A stretch of 64,000 bases of DNA from a virus, in the IMG/VR virus record IMGVR_UViG_3300049137_000157, positions 64,001 through 128,000 of that record; one strand, 5' to 3'. Of the stretch, positions 8,709-17,101 are shown in pieces (the stretch's first letter is position 1; every line of letters begins with the position of its first letter). The position numbers and the translations under genes are program-made. The notes under the pieces are model-generated. The model saw only the letters and a program-made list of their open reading frames with translations, did no database searches and was not told where the DNA came from.

Positions 8709-8968
8709 CGAATCCGGATGGAAGCCCTCCGAATCCCGAGGGCGAATCAGGCGAAACGGACACGCATGGAAGGCGCTCCGACCTGGGCGAACAGAGCGAA
8801 TGTCCAGATTCGCTGCGATTCGCCCGGCGGAGAATGCACCGGGATGTCCGAGTTCACCTCCGAGGGGTCGGCCGTTCCCTTATGTCGGCCCAAAGGCTTC
8901 GCCTCGATTACCCAGGTGTGTCCGTATTCGCCGTGATTCGCGAACGGGTTCGGCTGGTGGGGTGAATC
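8709..8968. repeat. Non-coding cluster of CGAATC/GATTCG hexamers
   Basis: CGAATC at 8709, 8730 and 8743; GATTCG at 8807, 8817 and 8935; TGAATC at 8963. Confidence 0.6.
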
Positions 8969-9127
8969 GGGCGTATCACCCGAACATGTACATACAGGAT
9001 CTTATGTGCGCAGAGACGTGGGTCGAGGGATCCGAGAGCGCACCGGGGAGGGGTCGCGCAGGGGATGTCCCTATTCGGGGGCGTTCGCCCGATGCGTCGG
9101 ACCACGGCTCGTGAAGTGGCCTGGCGT

Positions 9128-9151
9128 GACCTAGGCCATTGCTGCTAGGGT
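9128..9151 (+). promoter_or_regulatory. GACCTAGGCC operator-like site plus -10-like TAGGGT
   Basis: One mismatch to GGCCTAGGCC; upstream of the 9189 gene. Confidence 0.5.
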
Positions 9152-9188
9152 TTGAGGACCTACTTGAATCCCACTGGGAGGAACCTCT

Positions 9189-9602
9189 GTGAAGGTTCTG
9201 ATCACCGGCTCCCGCGAATGGCGCGACCGATGGGCCGTCGAGGACGTACTGAACCGACTGCTCCGCAGGTACGGGGTCTTCACTCTGATCGAGGGTGAAG
9301 CGCGGGGTGCCGACAAGCTGAGTGGGGTCTGGGCGGCGCGCCACCTACCCGAAGACAGCCTCGTCAAGGTGCCGGTCACTCCGCAGGAATGGGATCTGCA
9401 CGGCAACGGGGCAGGCCACAAGCGCAACCAAAGGATGGTCAACATGGGGCCGGACATGGTGCTCGTGTTCGCCCTGGCCTGTACCTCCAGCCGCTGTCGA
9501 CGACCCGAAGAACACGCCACGCATGGCACGGAAGGTTGCGTGGCGATGGCTCGCAAGGCGAACATCCCCGTGTTCTTCTGCCCGCAAGGTCTAAGGTGGT
9601 AG
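9189..9602 (+). CDS. DUF2493/SLOG-family protein
   Basis: VLITGSREW, IEGEARGAD, AGHKRNQ.MV and GT motifs of the YspA-like SLOG fold. Confidence 0.8.
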   Translation: MKVLITGSREWRDRWAVEDVLNRLLRRYGVFTLIEGEARGADKLSGVWAARHLPEDSLVKVPVTPQEWDLHGNGAGHKRNQRMVNMGPDMVLVFALACTSSRCRRPEEHATHGTEGCVAMARKANIPVFFCPQGLRW

Positions 9603-9767
9603 GGGGAGTTCGCCTGGAATTACAAGGCGAATCGCGTTCGAACCGCAAGAACACCCAGATCCCCTTCACGTGAAGGTCCGTCACCACCTCGTCAAGATCG
9701 AAAGAATGGCCAGGTGGAGCGAGGTCCACAACACCTCGGACGTCACGATCCCGAAGGAGAAATCACC

Positions 9768-9920
9768 GTGAAGGACGCCAGCGAGGAGCGCTGCACCCGC
9801 TGTACGCACTCCGCTCAGCAGCACACCGGCACCGGAACCGCCTGTCAGGCGCGCCTCCAGCAGCGGAAGCTCACCTGCGCCTGCCGGTCGCTGCACCGCC
9901 CGACGGGCACCGTCGGGTGA
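9768..9920 (+). CDS. Small Cys/His-rich protein (50 aa)
   Basis: RBS GAAGGAG, GTG start, CxxCxH...H...C...CxC pattern. Confidence 0.5.
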   Translation: MKDASEERCTRCTHSAQQHTGTGTACQARLQQRKLTCACRSLHRPTGTVG

Positions 9921-9974
9921 CCTCGGGTCCGCAGGCCAGACCCTGCGGACCCCCATCGGAAAGGAGAAGAGATC

Positions 9975-11396
9975 GTGGACACGAAGAAGATGTCCGTCCC
10001 CCGGGTGCTGACCGACCTCAAGCAGGCACCCGAGATCAGTGACGCCAAGAAGGGCGTCGCCAACATGCTTCGACGGGGGCTGCACGGCATCAAGAACTGG
10101 GTGCTGGAGGACGGCCGGGACGGTCCCGCAGGCCCCGGCCTGAAGTGCGGCAGGCTGACCGTTCCCGCCCTTCCCGCCCTCATCGTGATCGCCTCCGCGA
10201 CGAGTCCTTCCCGCCCCGGAGAGCCTGGACCTCCCGGCATGCCGCAGGCGTTCCTCCTCGCCTTCCTGGTGGCCGTCGGTCTGCTCTGCTGGTTCTCCGC
10301 CAGGGAGCGCAAGCTGGGCCGTGAGGAACCGTGGAAAACGGCGTCGGATGGCAAGAAGTCGACGGTGGTTGCTCCCGGCGAAGAGAGTGCGGACGCGTCG
10401 GAAAATCCGCAGGTCAACAAGGTGAGCCTCGTGAAGGACGACGTGCCCACTCCGGCAAACCGGAACGAAACGGGTGAAAACAACCCCACGATCCCGGTGG
10501 CTGCCCCGGTGGGTGGGCACCCGACTCTTCCGGAGACCCCGGAAAGCGGTCCTGACCTGCGACAGAACCTCCTTGGAGGGGGTGGGCACAGGGTGTCAAC
10601 TCGTCCGGATATGGACCGAAACGCCGGAAACATCGCGATGGGCACCGAGGGAAAGGGTGGGCACCTCCGCCCTTTTGACCCTCCGTTTCCGCAGGTCGCG
10701 GGCGCTTTCGAAGGTGGGCAGACCGAGGTGATGCAGCCTCCGTTGGTGGGTGACGATTCGGCCACCCTCGATCTGAGTGGGCACGCAGATGAGTTCGTGA
10801 TCTTCGACGAACCTACGGTGCCCACTGAATCCTCGCAGGTCAACGCCGGTTTTTCGGCCTCCGGTGCCCAGCCTCCGGAGGGCCCGGAAGAGGTGGGCAC
10901 GGAAGAGGTGGGCACGGAGCCCCTCGGGCCATGGCCCGTAACGGACGAGCCGGTTCGGGATGACTGGTTCAAGATCGACGAGGACGAAGCCAAGGCTCTG
11001 CTGGAGGAGGGCCAGGAGGGCGACGGAGAGGCTTCCGCGAAGCCTGACGCCCCAGCAATCGAGACCGCCCCGGAAGGCGCTGTGGAGGGGCCGGAGAAGG
11101 CTTCCCAGCCCTCGTCGGCCGGAGTGGTCCAGGATTCTCCCGAGGGCGAGATCCCGGTCCAGGTCCTGATGTACTCCTGGGCCAAGGTGAACGGGGACGA
11201 GGCGGCGAAGGAGAAGGCCCGGCAGGACCTGGCGGAGTGGGCCAAGGGTGCCGTGGCGCGGGGCGAGGTCACGCAGGTCCAGTTGGAGAAGATGACCGGC
11301 GTGAGCCGTAAGACGCTTCGGCGCTGGATAGGAGCGGCGGAGCCGGACGAGATCGACCTGATCGACCCCTGGGAGGGGCCGGAGAGCGACGGCTGA
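9975..11396 (+). CDS. Membrane-anchored protein with long acidic disordered linker and C-terminal HTH (Spd-like)
   Basis: RBS AAAGGAG, TM FLLAFLVAVGLLCWF, C-terminal VTQVQLEKMTGVSRKTLRRWI HTH. Confidence 0.65.
   Translation: MDTKKMSVPRVLTDLKQAPEISDAKKGVANMLRRGLHGIKNWVLEDGRDGPAGPGLKCGRLTVPALPALIVIASATSPSRPGEPGPPGMPQAFLLAFLVAVGLLCWFSARERKLGREEPWKTASDGKKSTVVAPGEESADASENPQVNKVSLVKDDVPTPANRNETGENNPTIPVAAPVGGHPTLPETPESGPDLRQNLLGGGGHRVSTRPDMDRNAGNIAMGTEGKGGHLRPFDPPFPQVAGAFEGGQTEVMQPPLVGDDSATLDLSGHADEFVIFDEPTVPTESSQVNAGFSASGAQPPEGPEEVGTEEVGTEPLGPWPVTDEPVRDDWFKIDEDEAKALLEEGQEGDGEASAKPDAPAIETAPEGAVEGPEKASQPSSAGVVQDSPEGEIPVQVLMYSWAKVNGDEAAKEKARQDLAEWAKGAVARGEVTQVQLEKMTGVSRKTLRRWIGAAEPDEIDLIDPWEGPESDG
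10443..10915. repeat. Array of 8-bp GTGGGCAC repeats inside the 9975 ORF
   Basis: Direct copies at 10513, 10582, 10657, 10777, 10893 and 10908; inverted copies at 10443 and 10818; one-mismatch copies at 10638 and 10714. Confidence 0.75.
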
Positions 11397-11430
11397 CCTT
11401 GATCCCGAACCGGCAACGGATCAACACGAG

Positions 11431-11461
11431 AAGGCCCTCGGAGATCATTTCCGAGGGCCTT
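11431..11461 (+). terminator. Intrinsic terminator
   Basis: 12-bp stem AAGGCCCTCGGA/TCCGAGGGCCTT. Confidence 0.7.
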
Positions 11462-11509
11462 TCGTCGTACCCTCGGAAGGCCCGAATGCAGGCCATCTGA
11501 GGGGATTTC

Positions 11510-11983
11510 ATGACCGACATACCGACCGACAGGGTGGCGCTCTCCCCGGACGCCCTGAAGCTCCTGGCGAGCCTCATGCAGGATGCCGGGGTGGACGGCA
11601 CCTATCAGGTGTCCATAGCCGCTCTCTGCACGTCCAGCGGCCTCTCCAAGGCCGCCTTCACCAAGGCGAGGGCGGAGCTGGTCACAGCGGGCCTCGTGTC
11701 GTACGAAGCGCCTCGCTCCGACAAGGGGCTTCGCGGCCCCACCATCTACACGCTGCACCGGTCCGCCGTGGGTGAAGGTCTGCCCGGACGGTCCGTCAGC
11801 ACTGCGGAAGCACCGGTTCCACCACTTTGCGAACCGGTCGAATCGGACCGAACAGGCACAGAAGATCTGCCTCCCGAGAGGGAAGTGCAGGTCCCGCAGC
11901 ATTCGGAGGAGCCGAAGCCGGTTCTCTCCGGCTGGCAGAGGGTGCTCGCGTGGTTCGGCCTTCGTCCGAAGTCTTCGACCTGA
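11510..11983 (+). CDS. Winged-helix DNA-binding protein
   Basis: VSIAALCTSSGLSKAAFTKARAELVTAGLV helix-turn-helix followed by a wing (R...GPTIYTL). Confidence 0.75.
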   Translation: MTDIPTDRVALSPDALKLLASLMQDAGVDGTYQVSIAALCTSSGLSKAAFTKARAELVTAGLVSYEAPRSDKGLRGPTIYTLHRSAVGEGLPGRSVSTAEAPVPPLCEPVESDRTGTEDLPPEREVQVPQHSEEPKPVLSGWQRVLAWFGLRPKSST

Positions 11984-12023
11984 GCGAACCGGAGTTCGGA
12001 AGTCCGGATGAACCCGTCCCGGG

Positions 12024-12165
12024 GATTCGAACCGGCCTGTAAGACTCCGAATCTCGTCGGCGAAATGGGTGGTTCAGTGTGCGAATCGGACGAATCAACA
12101 CAACCTGTGGCGACACTCTGGTTTATCAGGGTTGAACCGGCGGTTCGTCGGGCGAATCTGGACAT
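12024..12165. repeat. Second non-coding CGAATC cluster
   Basis: GATTCG at 12024; CGAATC at 12048, 12082, 12091 and 12153. GCGAATCTGGACAT (12152-12165) is the exact reverse complement of 8800-8813. Confidence 0.6.
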
Positions 12166-12211
12166 ACTCGGCTCTGTGGCCCAGGTCACAGATCATCGAG
12201 AGAAAGTGGCC

Positions 12212-12241
12212 TTGACTCGGCCTAGGCCATCCTGGCAGAGT
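12212..12241 (+). promoter_or_regulatory. Housekeeping-sigma-like promoter TTGACT-N18-CAGAGT with GGCCTAGGCC in the spacer
   Basis: Palindrome at 12219-12228, upstream of the SpdB-like gene. Confidence 0.65.
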
Positions 12242-12303
12242 CAGGTGTGTCGCCAGAAGCGGGAAACCGCGAAAACGGTGAAAACGGAAAAGGAGAAGAA
12301 ACG

Positions 12304-13425
12304 GTGCTGAAGAAGCTGAGGGGAAACACGGTTCAGGTCGAGGGCCCCGCCCCGGAGCTGACGCCGAAGAAGAAGAAGTTCACCGGAATGGCGGTCTTCG
12401 CAAGTCTCCTGACCGTCGGAACCATCGCCTGGTCGACCCACTCGATCCTCGACGTGCTGGACGCAGGCAAGATCGGCCTGGCGTTCGCGGGACTGGCCGA
12501 CCTTGGCTGGCTCTCCATCACCTACGCCAAGTGGCGCGGCACCCGGCTCCCCGTTCCTCACCGGGAGAAGTACACCGAGGTCTACGAGGACGGCAGCAAG
12601 GTCGAGCGGAAGGTCTGGAACCCCCGGCGCAGCACCTGGCCGGTCACCCTGATCGGCTGGATCATCGCGGTGATCGTCTCCGGCCTCCTCGTCCTCCACG
12701 GTGTGCAGGACGAGAACCTCGGTACCATGCTGGCCGCCATCTTCCCGATCATCACCAAGCTGATCTGGACTGTCGCCATCGCCGACGCCAAGGACCCGGC
12801 CGACCTGACCGAGGACGATCTGGAGGAGATCGCCGAGACGAAGCGAGAGGCCGCCAAGGTCCTGGCGCTGGCCGAGGCCGAGAAGGCCCAGAAGCAGGCC
12901 GAGCTGGAGGCCGCCCGCATCGACCGGCAGAACCAGAGGGAAGAGGCGGAGGCCAAGGCGGAGATGGAGCGGGCCGAGCGGCGTCGGAAGCACGAGGCCA
13001 ACCTCGACGAGGCCGAGATGTCCGCCGAGCTGGAGTTCGTCACCGCCGAGCGGACCATCGAACACCAGATCCGGATGCAGGACATGTACGGGAAGCTGGA
13101 TGCCCGGCAGGCGGAGGCCGAGCGGGCCCGTCGCTACCTGATGCCGCCGACCTACACGATCCCGGGTCAGATCGTCCGTACCGACCAGCAGGTTTCGGGC
13201 AGCGCCCCGTCTCTTGGGCAGGCTCCGGTCTTCCCGGGGCAGCAGCAGGAGCCGCTCTCCCCGAAGGAGGAGCTGGCACTCAAGTACTGGCAGGAGCACC
13301 AGGCGACCCAGATCACCAAGAAGGACTTCGCCACGACCATCGCGATGGTTCACCCGGCACGCGTGACGGAGGCGACCAAGGACTTCTCCCCCGAGTACTT
13401 CATGGCCAAGGGGCTGCTCGCCTGA
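12304..13425 (+). CDS. SpdB-like plasmid spread protein (4 TM plus coiled coil)
   Basis: Four N-terminal hydrophobic segments, a long E/A/K/R coiled coil and a C-terminal helical domain. Start re-picked at GTG 12304 after AAGGAG; the ORF is open from 12247. Confidence 0.6.
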   Translation: MLKKLRGNTVQVEGPAPELTPKKKKFTGMAVFASLLTVGTIAWSTHSILDVLDAGKIGLAFAGLADLGWLSITYAKWRGTRLPVPHREKYTEVYEDGSKVERKVWNPRRSTWPVTLIGWIIAVIVSGLLVLHGVQDENLGTMLAAIFPIITKLIWTVAIADAKDPADLTEDDLEEIAETKREAAKVLALAEAEKAQKQAELEAARIDRQNQREEAEAKAEMERAERRRKHEANLDEAEMSAELEFVTAERTIEHQIRMQDMYGKLDARQAEAERARRYLMPPTYTIPGQIVRTDQQVSGSAPSLGQAPVFPGQQQEPLSPKEELALKYWQEHQATQITKKDFATTIAMVHPARVTEATKDFSPEYFMAKGLLA

Positions 13426-13443
13426 GCGGCTCAGGAACTCCGT

Positions 13444-13469
13444 AAAACCCCCTCTCCGGAGGGGGTTTT
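13444..13469 (+). terminator. Intrinsic terminator
   Basis: AAAACCCCCTC/GAGGGGGTTTT followed by more T. Confidence 0.85.
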
Positions 13470-13516
13470 TTCGTTGCCCAACTTGCAGCTATGGTGGGAG
13501 TGTTGACCAATAAGGG

Positions 13517-13855
13517 GTGATTGCCATGTGGTGCATCGAAACATCACGCGCGGCGGGAATGCAGAACCGAATTCGAGTCCAGCCCATGGAGGACAACGAC
13601 CCCAATCCACTGAGCACGAAATACGCCGAGATTCTCGTGAGCCCTTGGAGCGGGGGAGAGCACCCGACACTCCCGCTTTTCCCGCCGGGATTCCTTTACC
13701 GGGATCGAGTGGGACTGAGCTACCGGATCATTCAGGGTGTCGTCGAGGAGACGGTGCTCCAGGGTGACGACGGGAACACGGACCCGCTTGACAGCCCTCA
13801 GACCACCGTGTGGGTGTACCGATACATCGCGGTGATCGAACTCAACAGTCCCTGA
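13517..13855 (+). CDS. Hypothetical protein
   Basis: 112-aa ORF; start uncertain. Confidence 0.45.
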   Translation: MIAMWCIETSRAAGMQNRIRVQPMEDNDPNPLSTKYAEILVSPWSGGEHPTLPLFPPGFLYRDRVGLSYRIIQGVVEETVLQGDDGNTDPLDSPQTTVWVYRYIAVIELNSP

Positions 13856-13887
13856 AACATCGACAGAAAACGGAAAGGGAGAAGGGC

Positions 13888-14361
13888 GTGGGAGTTCAGT
13901 CCGTGCACATCCGGGTCTCGGCCTATCGAGTCCCGTACTGGGTCACCAAGAGCGAGAATCACTTCTACACCGTCGAGCGGCAGTCGGATCGTCATGGCGG
14001 TGAGAAGTGGGGAATCTTCGAAGGGGACCAGGCTTGGGTCGGAGACCAGTGGATCCCTTCCTTCCGGCACCCGGACTCGTACGCCTGGGACGAAGACCTT
14101 GCCAAGGCGTTGGCGGGCCGCCTCGCCTTCGAGGAAAACCAGCGGATCGTCGACATCATGGAGAACCGCTTCCCGGGAGAGTTCCGTCACGGCCCGTACG
14201 ACATGTCCGAGCACATCGCGGTCCACTACTACAGCTTCGACGACGAACCGGGGATCAACATTCCGGCCGAGATCTGTGAACGCTGCTCCTGGATCAGCAA
14301 GGGGATCCTCGTCCCGGCCTCCTTCTGCCCGGAGGCCCGCCTCGTGATGTGGGGCGTCTGA
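13888..14361 (+). CDS. Hypothetical protein
   Basis: GTG start after AAGGG; C-terminal CxxC...WPC-like (CERC...SFC) motif; stop overlaps the next ATG. Confidence 0.6.
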   Translation: MGVQSVHIRVSAYRVPYWVTKSENHFYTVERQSDRHGGEKWGIFEGDQAWVGDQWIPSFRHPDSYAWDEDLAKALAGRLAFEENQRIVDIMENRFPGEFRHGPYDMSEHIAVHYYSFDDEPGINIPAEICERCSWISKGILVPASFCPEARLVMWGV

Positions 14362-14570
14362 TGCTGGAGAAGATACTCGGGGCCGTGGTCGAGAAGGCCC
14401 TGGAGAGCAGCACCACCGGCACGAGCGTCGGAGCCAGCGCAGCGCTCGGTGCCGTCACCACGGGTTCGACGCTCAAGGGCCTGGGTCTGCCGAGTACGGC
14501 AGCCGCTGCGGCAGGGGCTGCCGCCGGAGCGGCGGGCGCGGTTTTCGAGAAGCGCAGGAAGAAGAGGTAA
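14361..14570 (+). CDS. Gly/Ala-rich hydrophobic peptide with basic tail (69 aa)
   Basis: TGATG coupling; sequence ...AAAAAGAAAGAAGAVFEKRRKKR. Confidence 0.55.
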   Translation: MLEKILGAVVEKALESSTTGTSVGASAALGAVTTGSTLKGLGLPSTAAAAAGAAAGAAGAVFEKRRKKR

Positions 14571-14596
14571 CCCGTCTTTTCTTTTTGGCCAAAGAT

Positions 14597-14616
14597 GGCC
14601 TAGGCCGTGTTAGCCT
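14597..14616 (+). promoter_or_regulatory. GGCCTAGGCC operator plus -10-like TAGCCT
   Basis: Shares TGGCCTAGGCCGTGYTAGYYT with the 19260 site. Confidence 0.65.
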
Positions 14617-14645
14617 GGCTGTACGGAAACGGAGAAGGAGAAGAC

Positions 14646-14777
14646 ATGGGCAAGTGGTCCGGCGAATCGACCGACTCCAACGAACGCTGGTGGAGCACCC
14701 AGCAGGAGGAAACTCCCCAGCAGAACGGCAACGACTGGTGGAACAAGGAGAAGGACTCCGATGCCTCCGACCGATGA
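14646..14777 (+). CDS. 43-aa WW-motif peptide (not in the ORF track)
   Basis: RBS GGAGAAGGAG, then MGKWSGESTDSNERWWSTQQEETPQQNGNDWWNKEKDSDASDR*. Confidence 0.55.
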   Translation: MGKWSGESTDSNERWWSTQQEETPQQNGNDWWNKEKDSDASDR

Positions 14778-15429
14778 CCGCTGGTGGGAGCGTCCGGCCG
14801 AGAACGGGCAGTGGTGGCACAACCCGCCCGTCGCTCTCGACGAGGAGAAACCCCGTCCGGCTGTACCGTCAACTCCCCCCGCCCTGCCCGTTCCGGCCGC
14901 ACCGGAGGAGTTGACGGAGGACGGAAGTCGCAAGAGGAACAGGCTTGCCGGAGCAGGGGCGGCTGCCGCCCTGATCGCGGTCTTCGCCCTCGGGGCCACA
15001 GTCTTCGGCGACGGCCCCGACAAGCCCGCCACGCAAACGCCCGTCTCCATGCAGACTGCACCGGCCGAGCAGACACCCTCGGAGAACCCCGCACCCCCGG
15101 CGTCCAAGCCTTCGGCCACAGCCAAACCGTCGTCGCCCAGCGTCTCGGCCCCGGCTGCCAAGCCGTACGAGATGTCCTCCTCGATCATCGGGTCAGGCAA
15201 CTATGGCGCGAAGGTCGAGATCACGTTCACGAACAACACCAGCAAGCCTCTGACCCTCAACCCGTCGGCATTCGAGGCAGACGGAGAAGGTGTCATCGGG
15301 CAGTGGGTCCACCAGGTGCCTGCCGGGGAGTCGATCACCGTGGTCGTCGAGACTCAGACCGACAAGCCCCGACAGGTCACCTTCGACGCCACCGGCATGG
15401 GCGAGGTGTCCGCCGTGTCCGACATTTAG
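14761..15429 (+). CDS. Bitopic membrane protein with extracellular Ig-like (DUF4352-like) domain
   Basis: N-terminal WW motifs, TM LAGAGAAAALIAVFALGATVF, P/A/S linker, beta-rich C-terminus VEITFTNNTSKPL...VPAGES. Confidence 0.7.
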   Translation: MPPTDDRWWERPAENGQWWHNPPVALDEEKPRPAVPSTPPALPVPAAPEELTEDGSRKRNRLAGAGAAAALIAVFALGATVFGDGPDKPATQTPVSMQTAPAEQTPSENPAPPASKPSATAKPSSPSVSAPAAKPYEMSSSIIGSGNYGAKVEITFTNNTSKPLTLNPSAFEADGEGVIGQWVHQVPAGESITVVVETQTDKPRQVTFDATGMGEVSAVSDI

Positions 15430-15471
15430 GCAGGGTTGACGGAGTGACTTACGGCGATCGAACGGAGCATC

Positions 15472-15771
15472 GTGAGGACTGAGATGACAGATCGCCTGGC
15501 CGAGCACATCAAGGAGAAGGGGGGCGTGTGGGACGGAGAACGGGCTCTCGCCTTCTACCGCTCCATCGGCTTCGGCTGCACGCTCGGACGCGCCGAAGCC
15601 AACCTGGGCATGGCCGCTGAGGCGAACCCGGACCTCCTGACTCGTATGCCGGACAAGCGGTTCACCTGGACGACCGAGCCGCTGGACCTCTCCGGCGGCG
15701 AGACGGATCCCGACGACAGCGCCTCGGACCTGAAGATGGGAAGAATTCGGCACGAAGGAGAGGCTTCATGA
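15472..15771 (+). CDS. Hypothetical protein
   Basis: 99-aa ORF; stop overlaps the next ATG. Confidence 0.6.
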   Translation: MRTEMTDRLAEHIKEKGGVWDGERALAFYRSIGFGCTLGRAEANLGMAAEANPDLLTRMPDKRFTWTTEPLDLSGGETDPDDSASDLKMGRIRHEGEAS

Positions 15772-16118
15772 GCTGTAACTACCACGCCTTCGGGCCCTTC
15801 CCGGGAGGGGAGGAGAACGGCGAGGGCCTGCACATCGGCCTGCACACGGGGGGCTACTGCTTCCTGCTCAGGGCCTACTGGGGGCGAGGTCTGTTCAGTT
15901 GGCACACCTGGCAGCTCTTCTTGCAGCACCCCGATGTCATCATCAAGTCGGACACAGGGGAGGAGGTCTCCTTCGCCGAGTTCCGGGATCTCGTGACTCG
16001 GCGATACGACCGGCACGGCCTTCCTCTGCGGCAGCGGTGGAGGTCGGAACCTCTCCGGCACCTGGGTCAGCTTCGCGACGCGGACGGATACGAACTGGAC
16101 GAGAAGGAGTTCTGCTGA
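15768..16118 (+). CDS. Hypothetical protein
   Basis: ATGA coupling and RBS GGAGAGG. Confidence 0.6.
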   Translation: MSCNYHAFGPFPGGEENGEGLHIGLHTGGYCFLLRAYWGRGLFSWHTWQLFLQHPDVIIKSDTGEEVSFAEFRDLVTRRYDRHGLPLRQRWRSEPLRHLGQLRDADGYELDEKEFC

Positions 16119-16165
16119 GATGGACGACCACACCTGATCTGTCCACCAGGACTGAAGCCGGACAC

Positions 16166-16207
16166 AGAAGGACCCCCGAGCGGAACCTCAAGCTCGGGGG
16201 TCCTTCT
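16166..16207. terminator. Bidirectional terminator
   Basis: Perfect 16-bp stem AGAAGGACCCCCGAGC/GCTCGGGGGTCCTTCT between convergent genes. Confidence 0.85.
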
Positions 16208-16327
16208 CGCGTACGGGCCTCGGGCCCGTTGCCGCGTGATCACTCACCGGTAATAACTTACGGGAAGATCCGGTGCATCGTCCGGGGAAACGACAGCACG
16301 CGCGCAGCGCCATGGCAGGTCACTTCC

Positions 16328-17059
16328 TCAGACCTCTTCGTTGGCGACGAGGGGGATGCTTCCCTTCTGCACCTTGGTCGCGACCTCGACGATCTTGCCG
16401 TTCTTCAGCCGGACGATGCGCAGGGCCTGGAGGACCGGGGTGTACGGGGACGGCAGGCCCAGGGACTCCATCTCCTGCTCGGTCGGGACCCGGCCGGTGG
16501 TCAGGATGCGGCGCTTCTTCATCGGGCTGCCCATCCGCTCGATGGCCAGCTCGCGAGATCCGGACGGCATCGACTCGGCGACGGCCAGTTCCGGGGTCTT
16601 CTCCGAGACCTCCGGCGGGTAGAAGCTCCGACCGGTGGCCATCGGCTGGTCGTCAATGTAGTTCACCCGCTCCCGGCAGATGACCGGGGTGCCGGGCTCG
16701 ACTTCCATGTGGACGGCGATGTCCGGAGGGCAGGGCATCCATCCGGCGAACAGGATCTCGGTCCGCTCGTTCTTCGCGAGAGCCCGACCTGTCTGTGCAG
16801 CGAGACCGGCACGGTCGGCGACAGTGAGCATCCTGCTCTTTATGTCGGCGATGACGTGCGGTCGGTTGCGGTCGGAGGGCTCCACGGTTCCGTCGGCGAC
16901 GAGCATCTGCACGGCCCCGTCGACAGTCTGACGGGACGTGGCGTACTCGGTTGCCAGCTTCCGGTGTGAGGGCAGCTTGTCGCCCGGGAGGAGTTCCCCG
17001 GAGAGCACCTTGTTGCGGATGCTGGTTGCGATCTGCTGCGCCTTCGTGGGGCGAGCCAT
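16328..17059 (-). CDS. GntR/HutC-family repressor (KorA/KorSA/TraR-like), wHTH plus UTRA
   Basis: QQIATSIRNKVLSGELLPGDKLPS..KLATEYATSRQTV..AVQML..DG, then UTRA-like VICRERVNY.DD.P.....SFYP; start ATG 17059 after AAAGGAAGG. Confidence 0.9.
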   Translation of the reverse strand: MARPTKAQQIATSIRNKVLSGELLPGDKLPSHRKLATEYATSRQTVDGAVQMLVADGTVEPSDRNRPHVIADIKSRMLTVADRAGLAAQTGRALAKNERTEILFAGWMPCPPDIAVHMEVEPGTPVICRERVNYIDDQPMATGRSFYPPEVSEKTPELAVAESMPSGSRELAIERMGSPMKKRRILTTGRVPTEQEMESLGLPSPYTPVLQALRIVRLKNGKIVEVATKVQKGSIPLVANEEV

Positions 17060-17091
17060 CTTTCGTTTTCCCCTTCCTTTCGAGTGCTTGC

Positions 17092-17101
17092 GGCCTAGGC
17101 C
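17092..17101. promoter_or_regulatory. GGCCTAGGCC operator upstream of the GntR gene
   Basis: 32 bp upstream of the GntR ATG, in the divergent intergenic region. Confidence 0.7.

Noticed and set aside
6805-9114. 769-aa + strand ORF and other long shadow ORFs (9845-11902, 24046-25647, 32824-35520, 36308-38269, 45015-46691)
   Set aside because: They lie antisense to or out of frame with genes that have clear motifs. Stop-poor shadow frames are expected at this GC content, and the translations show no protein-like motifs.
10886-10915. 15-bp tandem duplication (EEVGT x2)
   Set aside because: Only two units, already covered by the GTGGGCAC array; not a CRISPR or VNTR of note.
9975-11396. Possible TraB/FtsK translocase
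   Set aside because: No Walker A/B motifs; most of the protein is low-complexity linker.
12017-12037. Reverse-strand GGTTCGAATCC resembling a tRNA T-loop
   Set aside because: Only 2 bp of the T-stem pair, and no acceptor, D or anticodon arms can be built. It is better explained as part of the CGAATC cluster.
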